Counted from the first letter of the stretch, positions 1 to 10,612 are shown. The stretch is DNA of 64,000 bases from Akkermansia muciniphila (GCA_945861565.1 CAMAUY010000013.1:5441-69440); one strand, 5' to 3'. The notes: generated by a model from the sequence alone, not told the origin. Program-made: numbers and translations.

Positions 1-647
1 ACAGGCGCAAACCGTTTAATCGACTCGTCGTCTTCCTCGACCTTCTTTTTCTTGCCCGGCTTTACCTGGTTTTTGACCTCGATCGCCACATTGTTGAGTC
101 CGCGAATAATTCGATCGGCTTCTTCCCGGGAGCAATCCGGGGTGAACATGTAAATACCGTCTTCAATTGTTCGGGTGATCTGAGGTGCTGCCAGCCAGCG
201 GGCTTCGGTCCACGTGGCCGACACGGCGATTCGCTTACCCCGGTTGGCCGTGGTCTCCAACTGCAGCATCAATTGGCCGTGTGTGTTCATTTGGATGGCG
301 ATCATGAAGCCGCCGTCCGTAGTTGAAATTAGCCGCGCCTGCTGGACGTCTCGCTCGTCGAGGAACTGCTCCCGTTGCACAACCATATTCATCGGAGAAC
401 TTCGCAGCACCTTGATCCGGCCGGTGCTAAGCCCGGGCAATTCAGCGGATTCCAGGTGCATCCGAAATAAAGAGCGCTCATGCCTTTCCTTCTTGGCCGG
501 TTTTTTTTTTGTGGCTTTTGGGTCCGCCGTGACGGTCGGTTCGGCGGCTTCACCGCCTGTCCCGAGAGCCCCCAGGAGGAGGAAAATCAAGATCCCTCCG
601 AGAATCGGAGTCAAAAAGGTGTTGAAGCGGGGGAGGCAAGTTCTCAT
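1..647 (-). CDS. secreted or lipoprotein-like hypothetical protein, partial (3' end lies beyond the window start)
   Basis: Translated by hand because it is absent from the ORF track. The minus-strand ATG at 647-645 gives MRTCLPRFNTFLTPILGGILIFLLLGALG (signal-like), then a Lys-rich linker. Next comes a region (GKRIAVSATW..AAPQITRTIEDGIYMF..EEADRII) that resembles the SecD/F periplasmic P1-head fold. The listed plus-strand ORFs 214-765 and 480-800 are low-complexity antisense shadows. Confidence 0.55.
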   Translation of the reverse strand, partial: MRTCLPRFNTFLTPILGGILIFLLLGALGTGGEAAEPTVTADPKATKKKPAKKERHERSLFRMHLESAELPGLSTGRIKVLRSSPMNMVVQREQFLDERDVQQARLISTTDGGFMIAIQMNTHGQLMLQLETTANRGKRIAVSATWTEARWLAAPQITRTIEDGIYMFTPDCSREEADRIIRGLNNVAIEVKNQVKPGKKKKVEEDDESIKRFAP

Positions 648-964
648 GTTTTTGGCCGGCGAGTCAGTCATCTCGCGAAAACAAACACCTCTATGGGCAG
701 ACAATCCAACAAAATCCAGAAACGTGCGCGCCGGGCCAACTACTCTAAGCGGAAAAAGGAACTGATCAAGGTTCGCAAGATCGCGAAAAAGAAGAAGTAG
801 AGCGCCGGCTCCAGATTCGTGGAAAAGGCCGCCGATCGGCGGCTTTTTCCCCTTTTTCAAAATCGGCCTTGAACCCCGGGGCGGGTGTCACGAGGACGGT
901 CGTCGTAAGGGCGTTGGTGTGAAACGGGTGTTCCCCGGGTCGCCTCCGCGGCACACGGCCGACT

Positions 965-1858
965 TTGAAAAAGATCATCATGTGCGGTATTGGCGACGAG
1001 GCGGGCAATTCCATTGCGTCGCAGATCCAGGCGACCCGTGAGCTCGGCTGGCAACATATTGAGGCGCGGAACATCGAAGTGCCCGGCTTTCCCAAAGCCA
1101 ATCTTCATGACCTCCCCGACGCGGCCTTTGATCTCGCAGCCGGGCAACTAGGAGCGGCGGGTGTCGGCGTTTACTGCTTCGCGTCGACGATCGGCAACTG
1201 GGCGAAAAAGATCGAGGATCCCTTCGAAATTACCCTGGCCGAGGTAAACCGCGCGATCCCTCGCATGCAGCGCCTGGGAACGAAATTCGTCCGGGTTATG
1301 AGTTACAAAACGCGGGTCGAAGAAGATCAGATGGAGGCGGAGCGTTTTTACCGAATGCGCGAGATTACCCGGCGTTTTCTCGATGCTGGCATGCAACCGG
1401 TTCACGAGAATTGCATGAATTACGGCGGGATGAGCTGGAAGCATGCTCTGCGGTTGCTGGAAGCGGTTCCCGGTTTGAAATGGGTTTTCGACACGGCGAA
1501 TCCTGTTTTCAATGCGGATCGGACGAAGCCCCTTCCGTGGCCGCGTCAGGATCCGTGGGAGTTCTGGACCCAGGTGAGAGACGCCACCGTCCATATCCAC
1601 GTCAAGGACGCGCGGTGGGTGCCGGCTAAGAATGACGCCGATTACACGTGGCCGGGGGAGGGAGAGGCAGCCGTCCGACGGATCCTGGCGGATGCTTTCT
1701 CGCGCGGCTATTCGGGTGCGATCAGCATCGAACCGCACATGGTGGCCGTCTTCCACGATGCGAATTCTCAGGCGCAGGATGATACCTTGCGGGCGAATTA
1801 CGTTGAATACGGGCGTCGCCTCGAACAATTAATCTCGAACCTCCTCCAGCCGAACTAG
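965..1858 (+). CDS. sugar phosphate isomerase/epimerase (xylose isomerase-like TIM barrel) family protein
   Basis: The 297-aa ORF has family-typical segments (FVRVMSY, IHVKDA, ISIEPH). The start is a TTG at 965; an alternative ATG lies at 980 (MCGIGDEAG). Confidence 0.75.
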   Translation: MKKIIMCGIGDEAGNSIASQIQATRELGWQHIEARNIEVPGFPKANLHDLPDAAFDLAAGQLGAAGVGVYCFASTIGNWAKKIEDPFEITLAEVNRAIPRMQRLGTKFVRVMSYKTRVEEDQMEAERFYRMREITRRFLDAGMQPVHENCMNYGGMSWKHALRLLEAVPGLKWVFDTANPVFNADRTKPLPWPRQDPWEFWTQVRDATVHIHVKDARWVPAKNDADYTWPGEGEAAVRRILADAFSRGYSGAISIEPHMVAVFHDANSQAQDDTLRANYVEYGRRLEQLISNLLQPN

Positions 1859-1879
1859 ACGTCGCTGGGAACTGCTTTC

Positions 1880-2740
1880 ATGAAACTCTGCCGCTTCCAA
1901 TCTCCCCAGTCTCCTTGGCCTTGCGTGGGACTTCTCTCAGGTGCCCACTCCGTCCTCGATCTTTCGACCGTCGGTGTCGAGTCGCTCACCGAGTTGCTCG
2001 AAAAGTCAGACCCGGTCGCGGAAGTGACCCGACGGGCCGCCCGGAACCCCCGGGCGATACCCTTGGATGAGATTCGCCTGCTCGCGCCGGTGGAGCAGCA
2101 GGAAGTTTGGGCGGCCGGCGTAACGTATCTCCAAAGTAAGGCCGCCCGGATGGTGGAGTCCGAATTCAGTGCCACCGCCTACGACCGAGTGTACGATGCG
2201 CCACGGCCTGAACTGTTCTTCAAGTCACAGCCCGGCAAGGTCGTGCCTCCCCTCGGCCGGGTCGGCATCCGCCGTGATGCCAAATGGAATGTGCCAGAAC
2301 CGGAGCTAGCCCTCGTTCTCAATTCCCGCGGACAGGTGGCCGGGTACACCGCGGGCAACGACATGAGCTCACGGGACATTGAGGGCGAAAACCTGCTGTA
2401 TCTGCCCCAGGCTAAAGTCTACACCGCCTCCTGTGCTTTGGGACCCTTTGTCACCATCGGCGTGACGGAGGCAGAGGTTCGCCAATGGATCGTCCGGGTC
2501 TGCATCGAACGCGCTGGCTTCGAGGTTTTCCGCGGGGAAACCTCGGTCGGTCGCATTAAGCGAGGATTTGATGAACTGGCCGGATGGCTCTTCCGGAGCC
2601 AGGAATTCCCCGGTGGCGCGGTTCTCCTGACCGGAACGGGTGTAGTCCCGCCGGATTCCTTCACCCTCGCCGAAGGCGATATTGTGACCATCGGAGTTTC
2701 CGGAGTCGGTGATTTGCAGAATACCGTGAGTATCGTCTGA
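1880..2740 (+). CDS. fumarylacetoacetate hydrolase (FAH) family protein
   Basis: The 286-aa ORF has an FAH-like C-terminal half (GNDMSSRD, LLTGTGVVPP..GDIVTI). Confidence 0.8.
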   Translation: MKLCRFQSPQSPWPCVGLLSGAHSVLDLSTVGVESLTELLEKSDPVAEVTRRAARNPRAIPLDEIRLLAPVEQQEVWAAGVTYLQSKAARMVESEFSATAYDRVYDAPRPELFFKSQPGKVVPPLGRVGIRRDAKWNVPEPELALVLNSRGQVAGYTAGNDMSSRDIEGENLLYLPQAKVYTASCALGPFVTIGVTEAEVRQWIVRVCIERAGFEVFRGETSVGRIKRGFDELAGWLFRSQEFPGGAVLLTGTGVVPPDSFTLAEGDIVTIGVSGVGDLQNTVSIV

Positions 2741-2805
2741 GACCGTCCCCTCCACCTTTTCCCTTCCCATGTCGGCTCCCCCGACTATGCTGACCGTCTT
2801 AAACG

Positions 2806-4599
2806 ATGGACGTCGCACATATTCGGAATTTCAGCATTATTGCGCATATTGACCATGGGAAAACGACTCTCTCCGACCGGCTCTTGCAGAGGACGGGGAC
2901 AGTTGCGGACCGGGACATGCAGGCGCAGCACCTGGACGCGATGGACCTCGAGAAAGAGAGGGGCATTACGATCAAGGCCCATCCTGTCACCATGTACTAT
3001 ACGGCCAAGAATGGTGAAAAGTATGAGCTGAATCTCATCGACACTCCGGGTCACGTGGATTTTGCCTACGAGGTCTCGCGCAGTCTGAGTGCTTGCGAAG
3101 GAGCGCTGTTGATCGTCGACGCCGCCCAGGGGGTGGAAGCCCAGACCGTTGCGAACCTGCACCTGGCGATGAAGCAAAACCTGGAGATCATTCCAGTCAT
3201 CAACAAGATTGATCTGCCCCACGCCGATATTCCCCAGGCCAAACAGCAACTCGAAGACATCCTTGCCATTCCCGCCGAGCACGCGGTTCTCACGAGCGCC
3301 AAGGAGGGTATCGGCATCGAAGAAATCCTCGAGGCGATCATCACGCGGATTCCGCCGCCAAAGCCCACCGGCGAAAGATCACTGCAAGCGTTGATTTTTG
3401 ATTCCTATTTCGACACCTACAAAGGCGTTGTGATTCTCGTCCGGGTGTTTAATGGCGAACTACGCGCCGGAATGATGGTCAAGATGCCGCACTCGGGCAA
3501 AACCGTCGAAATTAAAGAGGTCGGGTCTTTTAATCCGAAGCCGTATACCCGCCCGAAGCTGGAAGTGGGTGAAACCGGCTACATGACCGCCAACATTAAG
3601 TCGCCCCGTGAAGTGAAGGTCGGCGATACCGTGCTGGACTCGAAGAATCCAGCGGGCGTGCTGCCCGGGTTCAAAGAGATTCATCCGATGGTCTTCAGCG
3701 GAATCTATCCGATCAACACCGGCGACTACGAGCAGTTGAAGGTGAGCATCGCCAAGCTGCAACTGAATGATTCTGCGCTGACCTTTCAAACCGAGAGTTC
3801 GGCGGCTCTCGGGTTTGGATTTCGTTGTGGATTCCTCGGTCTGCTCCATATGGAAATTGTGCAGGAGAGGCTTCGACGGGAGTTTAACTTGGACATCATC
3901 GCGACGTATCCCAGCGTGGTGTATCGAGTTAAATTGACCGATGGAACGATGAAGGAAGTGGACAATCCCGCCTTCCTTCCCGAAGTGACCTATATCGACG
4001 AAATCCTCGAGCCCATCGTCAAGGCATTCGTCATCTGCCCCGGGACAAACATTGGCGACATGATGGCCCTGATTTCCGAGAAACGTGGCATTATACAGAC
4101 GACGGAGACTCTCGATACCCGGCGAGTGATGCTCACCTGCAAGATCCCGATGAATGAAATCCTCATCGATTTTCATGACCGGATCAAATCAATGACTCGA
4201 GGGTACGGTTCGATGGATTACGAGCCGATCGGGTACGAAGCCAGCGACATGGCGAAGTTGGACATGATGGTGAATGGCGAAGTCATGGATGCCTTCTCTA
4301 GCTTGGTGCATCGTAGTAAGGCTGAAAATAGGGGTCGGCTCCTTGCTTCAAAACTCAAGGAAGTTATTCCTCGTCAACAGTTCCAGATTGCCATCCAGGC
4401 GGCGGTCGGCGGCAAGTTTGTCGCGCGCGAAACGATCAGCGCCATGCGTAAGGACGTGACAGCCAAATGTTACGGCGGGGATATTTCCCGCAAGCGCAAA
4501 CTCCTCGAGAAGCAAAAGGAAGGTAAGAAGCGAATGAAGGCCATCGGGTCAGTGGACATTCCGCAGGAGGCGTTCATCGAGGTGCTCAAAACCGGCTGA
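2806..4599 (+). CDS. lepA: translation elongation factor 4 (LepA)
   Basis: The 597-aa ORF starts with the GTPase motif IRNFSIIAHIDHGKTTLSDRLL and also carries DTPGHVDF and NKID. A LepA-type C-terminus is present, and lepB follows immediately. Confidence 0.97.
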   Translation: MDVAHIRNFSIIAHIDHGKTTLSDRLLQRTGTVADRDMQAQHLDAMDLEKERGITIKAHPVTMYYTAKNGEKYELNLIDTPGHVDFAYEVSRSLSACEGALLIVDAAQGVEAQTVANLHLAMKQNLEIIPVINKIDLPHADIPQAKQQLEDILAIPAEHAVLTSAKEGIGIEEILEAIITRIPPPKPTGERSLQALIFDSYFDTYKGVVILVRVFNGELRAGMMVKMPHSGKTVEIKEVGSFNPKPYTRPKLEVGETGYMTANIKSPREVKVGDTVLDSKNPAGVLPGFKEIHPMVFSGIYPINTGDYEQLKVSIAKLQLNDSALTFQTESSAALGFGFRCGFLGLLHMEIVQERLRREFNLDIIATYPSVVYRVKLTDGTMKEVDNPAFLPEVTYIDEILEPIVKAFVICPGTNIGDMMALISEKRGIIQTTETLDTRRVMLTCKIPMNEILIDFHDRIKSMTRGYGSMDYEPIGYEASDMAKLDMMVNGEVMDAFSSLVHRSKAENRGRLLASKLKEVIPRQQFQIAIQAAVGGKFVARETISAMRKDVTAKCYGGDISRKRKLLEKQKEGKKRMKAIGSVDIPQEAFIEVLKTG

Positions 4600-4653
4600 T
4601 CGTATTCGGATCGTGAGTGACCTCGTGTTGCCGATTGTTTTACCCTGAATCTC

Positions 4654-5889
4654 ATGCTGTTCATTCGTTCTCTTTTTTCGCGCACGCTCCGGCAAGCGAG
4701 AGGCTTGCATGAACAGGCTCTGAAAATCCTTAACCATCAGCGGGACATCCTGCCGGAGAAAAACGTCGCGGAAGTTTCCGCCAGTCTCGACCGTCTCCAC
4801 ATTGCGATTCGTACCGGCGAGGGAAAATCGGGTCTCGAGACCGCCATGGCAGACTTGGAGGCCGCAGCAAATAGATATTTAAGGCCTTATCCATTCGTCG
4901 GAATCCGCGACTGGATTGACACGATCCTCGTGGCGGGATCGTTGGCGATCGCTTTTCGCACGTTTTTCTTTCAGCCGATGGTGATTCCAACGGGCTCCGC
5001 CCAGCCCACGTTTAATGGCATCACGCATGTCGATTTCCGCGACGTGCCCGACTGGAAAATGCCGTCCTTTCCACGGCGAGTTTTTGATTACTGTATTCAC
5101 GGCTACAGTTATCACGAGGTGATCGCGCGATCCGCCGGGACGATTGACCCCTATTCCTTCAGTCGGAAGCCCTCCCTGAAACTGGGTCCCTTGCAGCTCT
5201 TTAAGAAGTTGCAGTTCCGGGCGGGAAGCGATGGACAGGTTTACCAATCGAGTGCGCCCGATGAAAACGCCGAGATCCACCTTGGTTTACTCGAAGTGAT
5301 GGAAGGGGTGGGCCGATCGAAGCCGCCTCGCGTCTTTAAACCCGGCGACCCCATTATCCGGTGCCGAACGCAAACGGGGGACCACTTATTCGTCAATCGC
5401 GTCATTTACAACTACCGCAAGCCGATTCGTGGCGAGACCATCGTCTTCCGCTCGGAACATCATCCCGGCCTGACGCCGGACACACATTATATCAAGCGCC
5501 TGGTCGGGCTCGGTGGAGAACGAATTAGCATCGGCAACGACCGTCACATCTCCATCAATGGCCGTCGCCTTGACACCAACGACCCGGGGTTTGAAAAGAT
5601 CTATTCGTTTGATCCCGCTCAGCCCCCCCGGGACTCGCAGTATTCAGGGCATCTGAATGGAGTGGCGTGGGCAAAGTATTTTGGTGTTCCCGGACCGACG
5701 GATAATTTCCGCGGGGAAGGGGAGTTTACCATTCGTCCCGGGCACTTCATGACGTTTGGGGACAATACCGTGAATAGCTACGACTCACGGGCTTGGGGTG
5801 AGGGGGACTTCCCCCAGCAGATGGTCATCGGCCGGTCCGGAGTGGTCTTCTGGCCATTTTCGGCCCGCTGGGGCTGGTCGCAGAAGTAG
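4654..5889 (+). CDS. lepB: signal peptidase I
   Basis: S26-family boxes are present: PTGSAQPT (Ser box), GDHLFVNR, YIKRLVGLGGERI (Lys box) and GDNTVNSYDSRAWG. It sits in conserved lepA-lepB synteny. The protein is long (411 aa) because of insertions. Confidence 0.85.
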   Translation: MLFIRSLFSRTLRQARGLHEQALKILNHQRDILPEKNVAEVSASLDRLHIAIRTGEGKSGLETAMADLEAAANRYLRPYPFVGIRDWIDTILVAGSLAIAFRTFFFQPMVIPTGSAQPTFNGITHVDFRDVPDWKMPSFPRRVFDYCIHGYSYHEVIARSAGTIDPYSFSRKPSLKLGPLQLFKKLQFRAGSDGQVYQSSAPDENAEIHLGLLEVMEGVGRSKPPRVFKPGDPIIRCRTQTGDHLFVNRVIYNYRKPIRGETIVFRSEHHPGLTPDTHYIKRLVGLGGERISIGNDRHISINGRRLDTNDPGFEKIYSFDPAQPPRDSQYSGHLNGVAWAKYFGVPGPTDNFRGEGEFTIRPGHFMTFGDNTVNSYDSRAWGEGDFPQQMVIGRSGVVFWPFSARWGWSQK

Positions 5890-6118
5890 TTGATATTCTC
5901 CCTTTTAATTTCCGGCGCAACGAATGGGCCGGGGGCGGAAGCTAGGCAACCGGAAGTCGAACGGCATCCCTCGAACCGTCTTCCTAGATGCCTCGGACGA
6001 CGAATTTAATCTTCTTTGCTTCCTTCGGCTGCCTCGGTCGTCATTCCACGATTGAGAAGCACCGCCACGGCAGGACGCAGCGCTTTGGCGATTGTTCCCC
6101 GCGGTGAGCTAGTCCAAA

Positions 6119-8176
6119 GTGTGGGCGGTGTCCGCACGATTTGAATTGCGCAGCTCGTACTCCCCCGCCGGCGATCAGCCGGCGGCCATCGAGCGTCTCG
6201 TCGCCGGACTCTTGCAGCGGGAAAAGCACCAGGTGCTGCTCGGTGTGACTGGCTCCGGTAAGACCTTTTCCATCGCCAATGCGATTGCCCGCGTCAATCG
6301 CCCGACCTTGGTGATTTCCCACAACAAGACGCTCGCGGCCCAGCTCTATTCCGAGTTCAAAAGCTTTTTCCCGGAGAATGCCGTCGAATATTTCGTCAGC
6401 TATTTCGATTTCTACCAACCCGAGGCGTACATTCCGCGCACCGACACATTCATCGAAAAGGATTCGGCGGTGAACGATGATATCGAGCGGCTCCGGCTGT
6501 CGGCCATGAGCAGCCTGCTGGCGCGCCGCGACGTCCTGGTGGTCGCCAGTGTTTCGTGCATCTACGGCATTGGCAGCAAGGAGGATTACGAATCGATGGT
6601 GATCCCGTTGCGTATTGGACAGTCTGTCACCCGCGAACAACTCCTCGTCCGTCTTGTGGATTTGCAGTATTCGCGAAACGATTATGAGCTCACCCGCGGC
6701 CGGTTCCGAGTGCGCGGCGATGTGGTTGAGCTCCATCCGGCCTATACCGAGGATGCCATTCGGATCGAGTTCTTTGGGGACGAGATTGAACGTTTCACGC
6801 GGTTTGATCCGTTCACAGGCGATGCTATCGAGTCCCTTGCTGCGGTGAACATCTTTCCCAGCAAGCAGTTTGCAACGCCGCAGGAGAAAATCAGCCGGGC
6901 GATCCTGACCATCCGCGAGGAACTCACTGAGCGGATCGCCTGGTTTGAAAAGCAGGGCAAGCTGATCGAGGCACAACGGGTAAAAATGCGCACGGAATAC
7001 GACCTCGAGCATATGCAGGAATTAGGCTTCTGCACGGGGATCGAAAATTATTCGCGGCACATCATGGCCCGCCCTCCCGGTTCGCGTCCCGCCACGCTGC
7101 TCGATTTTTTCCCGGAAGATTACCTGCTGGTGGTGGATGAATCCCACGCGACCTTGCCGCAGATCGGCGGAATGCATGCCGGCGACACCGCCCGCAAGAC
7201 GGTGCTCGTCGAGCATGGATTTCGCCTCCCGAGCGCCCTCGACAATCGGCCGCTGAATTTCGAAGAGTTCTGCTCACTCGTCGGTCAGGCGCTCTACGTC
7301 AGTGCCACTCCGAGTCCCCTGGAGATGGGATGGGCCGGCCCTCGGAACGTGATTGAACAAATCGTTCGGCCGACCGGACTCATCGATCCCGCAGTCACGC
7401 TCAAACCGCTGCGCGGCCAGATTGATGATCTTCTGGAGGAAATTCGCAGGGCTGTCGATCAACGGGAACGGGTCCTGGTTACCACCTTGACCAAGCGCAC
7501 GGCTGAGGAACTCACCGACTACCTTCGGGACCTTGGGATTCTGGTCCGATACTTGCACAGCGAAATCGATGCCATTGAACGGGTGGAAATCTTGCGGGCT
7601 CTGCGCAAGGGGGAGTTCGATGTGCTGGTTGGTATCAACCTGCTCCGCGAGGGGCTTGACCTGCCGGAAGTCTCGCTCGTAGCCATCCTGGACGCCGACA
7701 AGGAGGGGTATCTTCGAAGTGCCACCAGTCTCATCCAGACCGCGGGCCGTGCGGCGCGTCATATTAATGGACGGGTCATTCTCTATGCCGATGTCCGAAC
7801 GCAAAGTATTCAGAAATTCCTGGCCGTGTCGGACTACCGCCGACAGAAACAGATCGGGTACAATCGGGAACACAACATCACGCCCCGATCGGTCTCCCGC
7901 CCGGTGGAGGAAGGCCTCAGCAGCATAGGCAGTGGCCGGGTGGCGGCGGCAGCAGCCTTAAATGAAGACGTCGGCACGTTGGACCTTTCGGAAATGGTGC
8001 GAGAACTGGAAGGCGAGATGATCGCGGCGTCGAACAATTTGGCATTTGAAAAGGCGGCATTGTTGCGCGATCAGATTCGAGAGTTGAAACGCCGATTGGG
8101 AAACGGCGGCCAGACGACCCCGTCCGCCCTGACGCCTCCTACCATCCGCGGTGGTTCGCGCCGGTTTCGGAGATGA
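6119..8176 (+). CDS. uvrB: excinuclease ABC subunit B
   Basis: The 685-aa ORF carries GVTGSGKTF (Walker A), DESH, helicase motifs and a C-terminal UVR motif (AALLRDQIRELK). The start codon is GTG. Confidence 0.97.
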   Translation: MWAVSARFELRSSYSPAGDQPAAIERLVAGLLQREKHQVLLGVTGSGKTFSIANAIARVNRPTLVISHNKTLAAQLYSEFKSFFPENAVEYFVSYFDFYQPEAYIPRTDTFIEKDSAVNDDIERLRLSAMSSLLARRDVLVVASVSCIYGIGSKEDYESMVIPLRIGQSVTREQLLVRLVDLQYSRNDYELTRGRFRVRGDVVELHPAYTEDAIRIEFFGDEIERFTRFDPFTGDAIESLAAVNIFPSKQFATPQEKISRAILTIREELTERIAWFEKQGKLIEAQRVKMRTEYDLEHMQELGFCTGIENYSRHIMARPPGSRPATLLDFFPEDYLLVVDESHATLPQIGGMHAGDTARKTVLVEHGFRLPSALDNRPLNFEEFCSLVGQALYVSATPSPLEMGWAGPRNVIEQIVRPTGLIDPAVTLKPLRGQIDDLLEEIRRAVDQRERVLVTTLTKRTAEELTDYLRDLGILVRYLHSEIDAIERVEILRALRKGEFDVLVGINLLREGLDLPEVSLVAILDADKEGYLRSATSLIQTAGRAARHINGRVILYADVRTQSIQKFLAVSDYRRQKQIGYNREHNITPRSVSRPVEEGLSSIGSGRVAAAAALNEDVGTLDLSEMVRELEGEMIAASNNLAFEKAALLRDQIRELKRRLGNGGQTTPSALTPPTIRGGSRRFRR

Positions 8177-8216
8177 TGCCCGCCGATTCGGTATAGTTCG
8201 CCCGTTTCATCCCTCT

Positions 8217-8969
8217 ATGTACCTCGATGTCATTCTTTCCCCCGCAGAGTTCCGCACCTTACCGGATCGTCATCTGACCACAGTCGTCTGTGTCGTTTTT
8301 GATGTATTGCGAGCCACCAGCACAATGCTCACGGCTCTGGCGAATGGTGCCCTGGCCATCATTCCCGTAGTCGAAATCGCCGAGGCGGTCGCGTGGCGAA
8401 CTCGAGATCCGCAGATTCTACTGGCGGGGGAGCGTGCCGGTTTGCGCATCCGTGCGTCCCAGAGCGATGGCGTCGATTTCGACTTTGGTAATTCTCCCCG
8501 GGAGTTTACCGCCGATCGAATCAAAGGGCGGACGATTGTCTGTACCACGACCAACGGCACCCGGGCACTCCAGGCCTGCGCTGGGGCGGCGGCTGTGCGC
8601 ATTGCTTCGATGGGTAATCTGGCGGCCGAATCCGAGGGCCTTCTCCGCGACAATCCGGCATCAGTCCTGTTGATCTGCAGCGGCACCGGGGAACAGTCCG
8701 CGTTGGAAGACGTCCTGGCGGCCGGGGCCTTGATTGATCGAATTCGAGCCCGACAGCGCATCGAATTGGGAGACGCTGCCCGGATCGCCCTCGCGGTGTA
8801 TCGACAGGCTTGCACCAACGTGACCGCAGCCATTACGGACGGGCAAAATGGCCGACGGCTGCTATCGATTACCGATCTGGCACCGGACGTCGGTGTGTGT
8901 AGCCGGCGGGATATCTTCCCGTTTCAGGCTGGAATGAATGCGGCGGGAGAAATCCACCGATTGCCTTGA
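8217..8969 (+). CDS. 2-phosphosulfolactate phosphatase (ComB) family protein
   Basis: ComB-like motifs are present (VVFDVLRATSTMLTALANGA, TTNGTRAL). The ATG at 8217 is preferred over the ORF-track start at 8151, which overlaps the uvrB end. Confidence 0.7.
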   Translation: MYLDVILSPAEFRTLPDRHLTTVVCVVFDVLRATSTMLTALANGALAIIPVVEIAEAVAWRTRDPQILLAGERAGLRIRASQSDGVDFDFGNSPREFTADRIKGRTIVCTTTNGTRALQACAGAAAVRIASMGNLAAESEGLLRDNPASVLLICSGTGEQSALEDVLAAGALIDRIRARQRIELGDAARIALAVYRQACTNVTAAITDGQNGRRLLSITDLAPDVGVCSRRDIFPFQAGMNAAGEIHRLP

Positions 8970-9000
8970 GCATGGATTCGGAGGCTAAAGCCATCAAAAT

Positions 9001-9510
9001 TCAGGATGAATGGATTTGCTTCCAGATCACGAGAAAGGAACCGGCGAAATCATCCGGTCGTTGCTGACTCCACTGGGCGATGGCGGTGGGCTGAAACCAG
9101 CCACCGCCGCGGACCTCGCTGGGTTGTAAAATAAACGGCCCATCGTGCTCGGCCCGATACACCCAACAAAACTCGTGTCCGGTCTCCGGACTGGCCGATA
9201 ATTTGAAGAGAGTCTGCGGAGGGATGGGGAGGGGGATTCCTAATTCCTCTCCAACTTCGCGCCGGGCACACGCCTCATAGGTTTCGCCGGTGTCAAGATG
9301 ACCTGAGGCCGACGAATCCCAGACTCCGGGCGAACAGTCCTTGAAAAGAGATCGCTGCTGAAGGAAGAGCTCCCCGCGGTGATTGTAAATTAGCACATGC
9401 ACCGCCCGGTGTCGTAGCCCGAGGCGATGCACATCGCGGCGGGATCGTTGACCGATCACCTGATCGTTTTCATCGACGACATCGAACATTTCTTCAGCAG
9501 CCCTATTCAT
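9001..9510 (-). CDS. NUDIX hydrolase
   Basis: The Nudix box GHLDTGETYEACARREVGEELGI is present in a 169-aa ORF. Confidence 0.85.
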   Translation of the reverse strand: MNRAAEEMFDVVDENDQVIGQRSRRDVHRLGLRHRAVHVLIYNHRGELFLQQRSLFKDCSPGVWDSSASGHLDTGETYEACARREVGEELGIPLPIPPQTLFKLSASPETGHEFCWVYRAEHDGPFILQPSEVRGGGWFQPTAIAQWSQQRPDDFAGSFLVIWKQIHSS

Positions 9511-9724
9511 GGTGTAGAGATTAAATGATCCTTTGGCGTTGTTTACTGGTGTGCCCCGGGCGGAGCCTAGCGGCAGCCCATCACCCTCTCCACCTTCATC
9601 TTCGCGGATTCATCCAACGATGGTGATAGCGCCGGGGAGCTCCGCGGTTATAGGATCGCACAATGTCGTATCCATCCATGATACGAGTTTCATTCCTCAC
9701 AACGTTCTGGTAACGGATCAACCC

Positions 9725-10612
9725 ATGAAAACACTGTCAATCGGGCCGCTCTATTACGAGTTGAATCGCCAGCATGAACCGCGCATTCGCGTGCAATCCG
9801 GTGAATCCCTTGTCGTCGCCTCAGAAGATGCCCTTTCGGGGCAGATTCGTACCAATGCCGACCGACGCGATAAGGTTAAGATGCCTTACAGCAATCCGTT
9901 GACCGGGCCCATCTACGTGGACGGTGCTAAACCCGGCGATGCCCTCGCCGTCACGATTCACGATATCCGCTCAACCGATGGCCAGTGTGCAACCCGAACC
10001 GCCGACCCCAAACAACTTTGTGAATGGCTCGGAACCGACTGCCCGCATGGCACGCACGTGAGCCCCATCAAGGACGGCCTGATTTACTGGAGCGATACCA
10101 TCACCATTCCCTTTAAGCCAATGGTTGGGTGCATTGGCACGGCGCCCGACTGGGGCTGTCCGACCACGGGCCCGGCTGGGCCGCACGGCGGCAATCTCGA
10201 CATCCTGGAAGTCTGCCCGGGGAACACAATCTTTCTGCCGGTTTTTGTTCCGGGTGCGCTGCTCTACCTGGGCGACCTGCATGCAGCCATGGGGCATGGT
10301 GAACTTTCCGCAACGGGCCTGGAAATGGCTGGCGAAACCACCCTCACGGTGAACCTAGTGAAAGGCGTGAAGTTGTCGTGGCCGCGAGTTGAATCGCCGG
10401 ACGAGATCATGACCCTCGTGAGCGGAGCGCCGATGGAGCGATCCATCGCACAAGCCTATGCATTGTTAGCCCTGTGGATGGAATCGGACTTCGGTTGGAA
10501 CCGTTGGCGCGCGTACGATATTTTGACTCACGTCGGGCAGATTTCCATCGGCTATTACGGCATCGGCACGGTGGCGGCAAAAATCAGCAAACGCTACCTA
10601 TCGGGCAGGTAA
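9725..10612 (+). CDS. acetamidase/formamidase family protein
   Basis: FmdA/AmdA-like segments are present (NPLTGPIYVDGAKPGDALAVTIHDI, GGNLDI, GDLHAAMGHGE). The ATG at 9725 (MKTLSIGPLYYE) is preferred over the upstream low-complexity extension. Confidence 0.8.
   Translation: MKTLSIGPLYYELNRQHEPRIRVQSGESLVVASEDALSGQIRTNADRRDKVKMPYSNPLTGPIYVDGAKPGDALAVTIHDIRSTDGQCATRTADPKQLCEWLGTDCPHGTHVSPIKDGLIYWSDTITIPFKPMVGCIGTAPDWGCPTTGPAGPHGGNLDILEVCPGNTIFLPVFVPGALLYLGDLHAAMGHGELSATGLEMAGETTLTVNLVKGVKLSWPRVESPDEIMTLVSGAPMERSIAQAYALLALWMESDFGWNRWRAYDILTHVGQISIGYYGIGTVAAKISKRYLSGR

Noticed and set aside
214-800. Plus-strand ORFs 214-765 and 480-800
   Set aside because: Their translations are low-complexity and Arg/Ser-rich. 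The opposite strand encodes a coherent signal-peptide protein (1-647), so these are antisense shadows.
5890-6118. A tRNA-like T-loop word (GGTTCGAGG on the minus strand) in the lepB-uvrB spacer
   Set aside because: The flanking bases do not form a T-stem or acceptor stem, so there is no cloverleaf.
6041-7012. A 323-aa minus-strand ORF
   Set aside because: It lies entirely antisense to the unmistakable uvrB gene. It has no recognisable motifs and shows typical GC-rich shadow-ORF composition.
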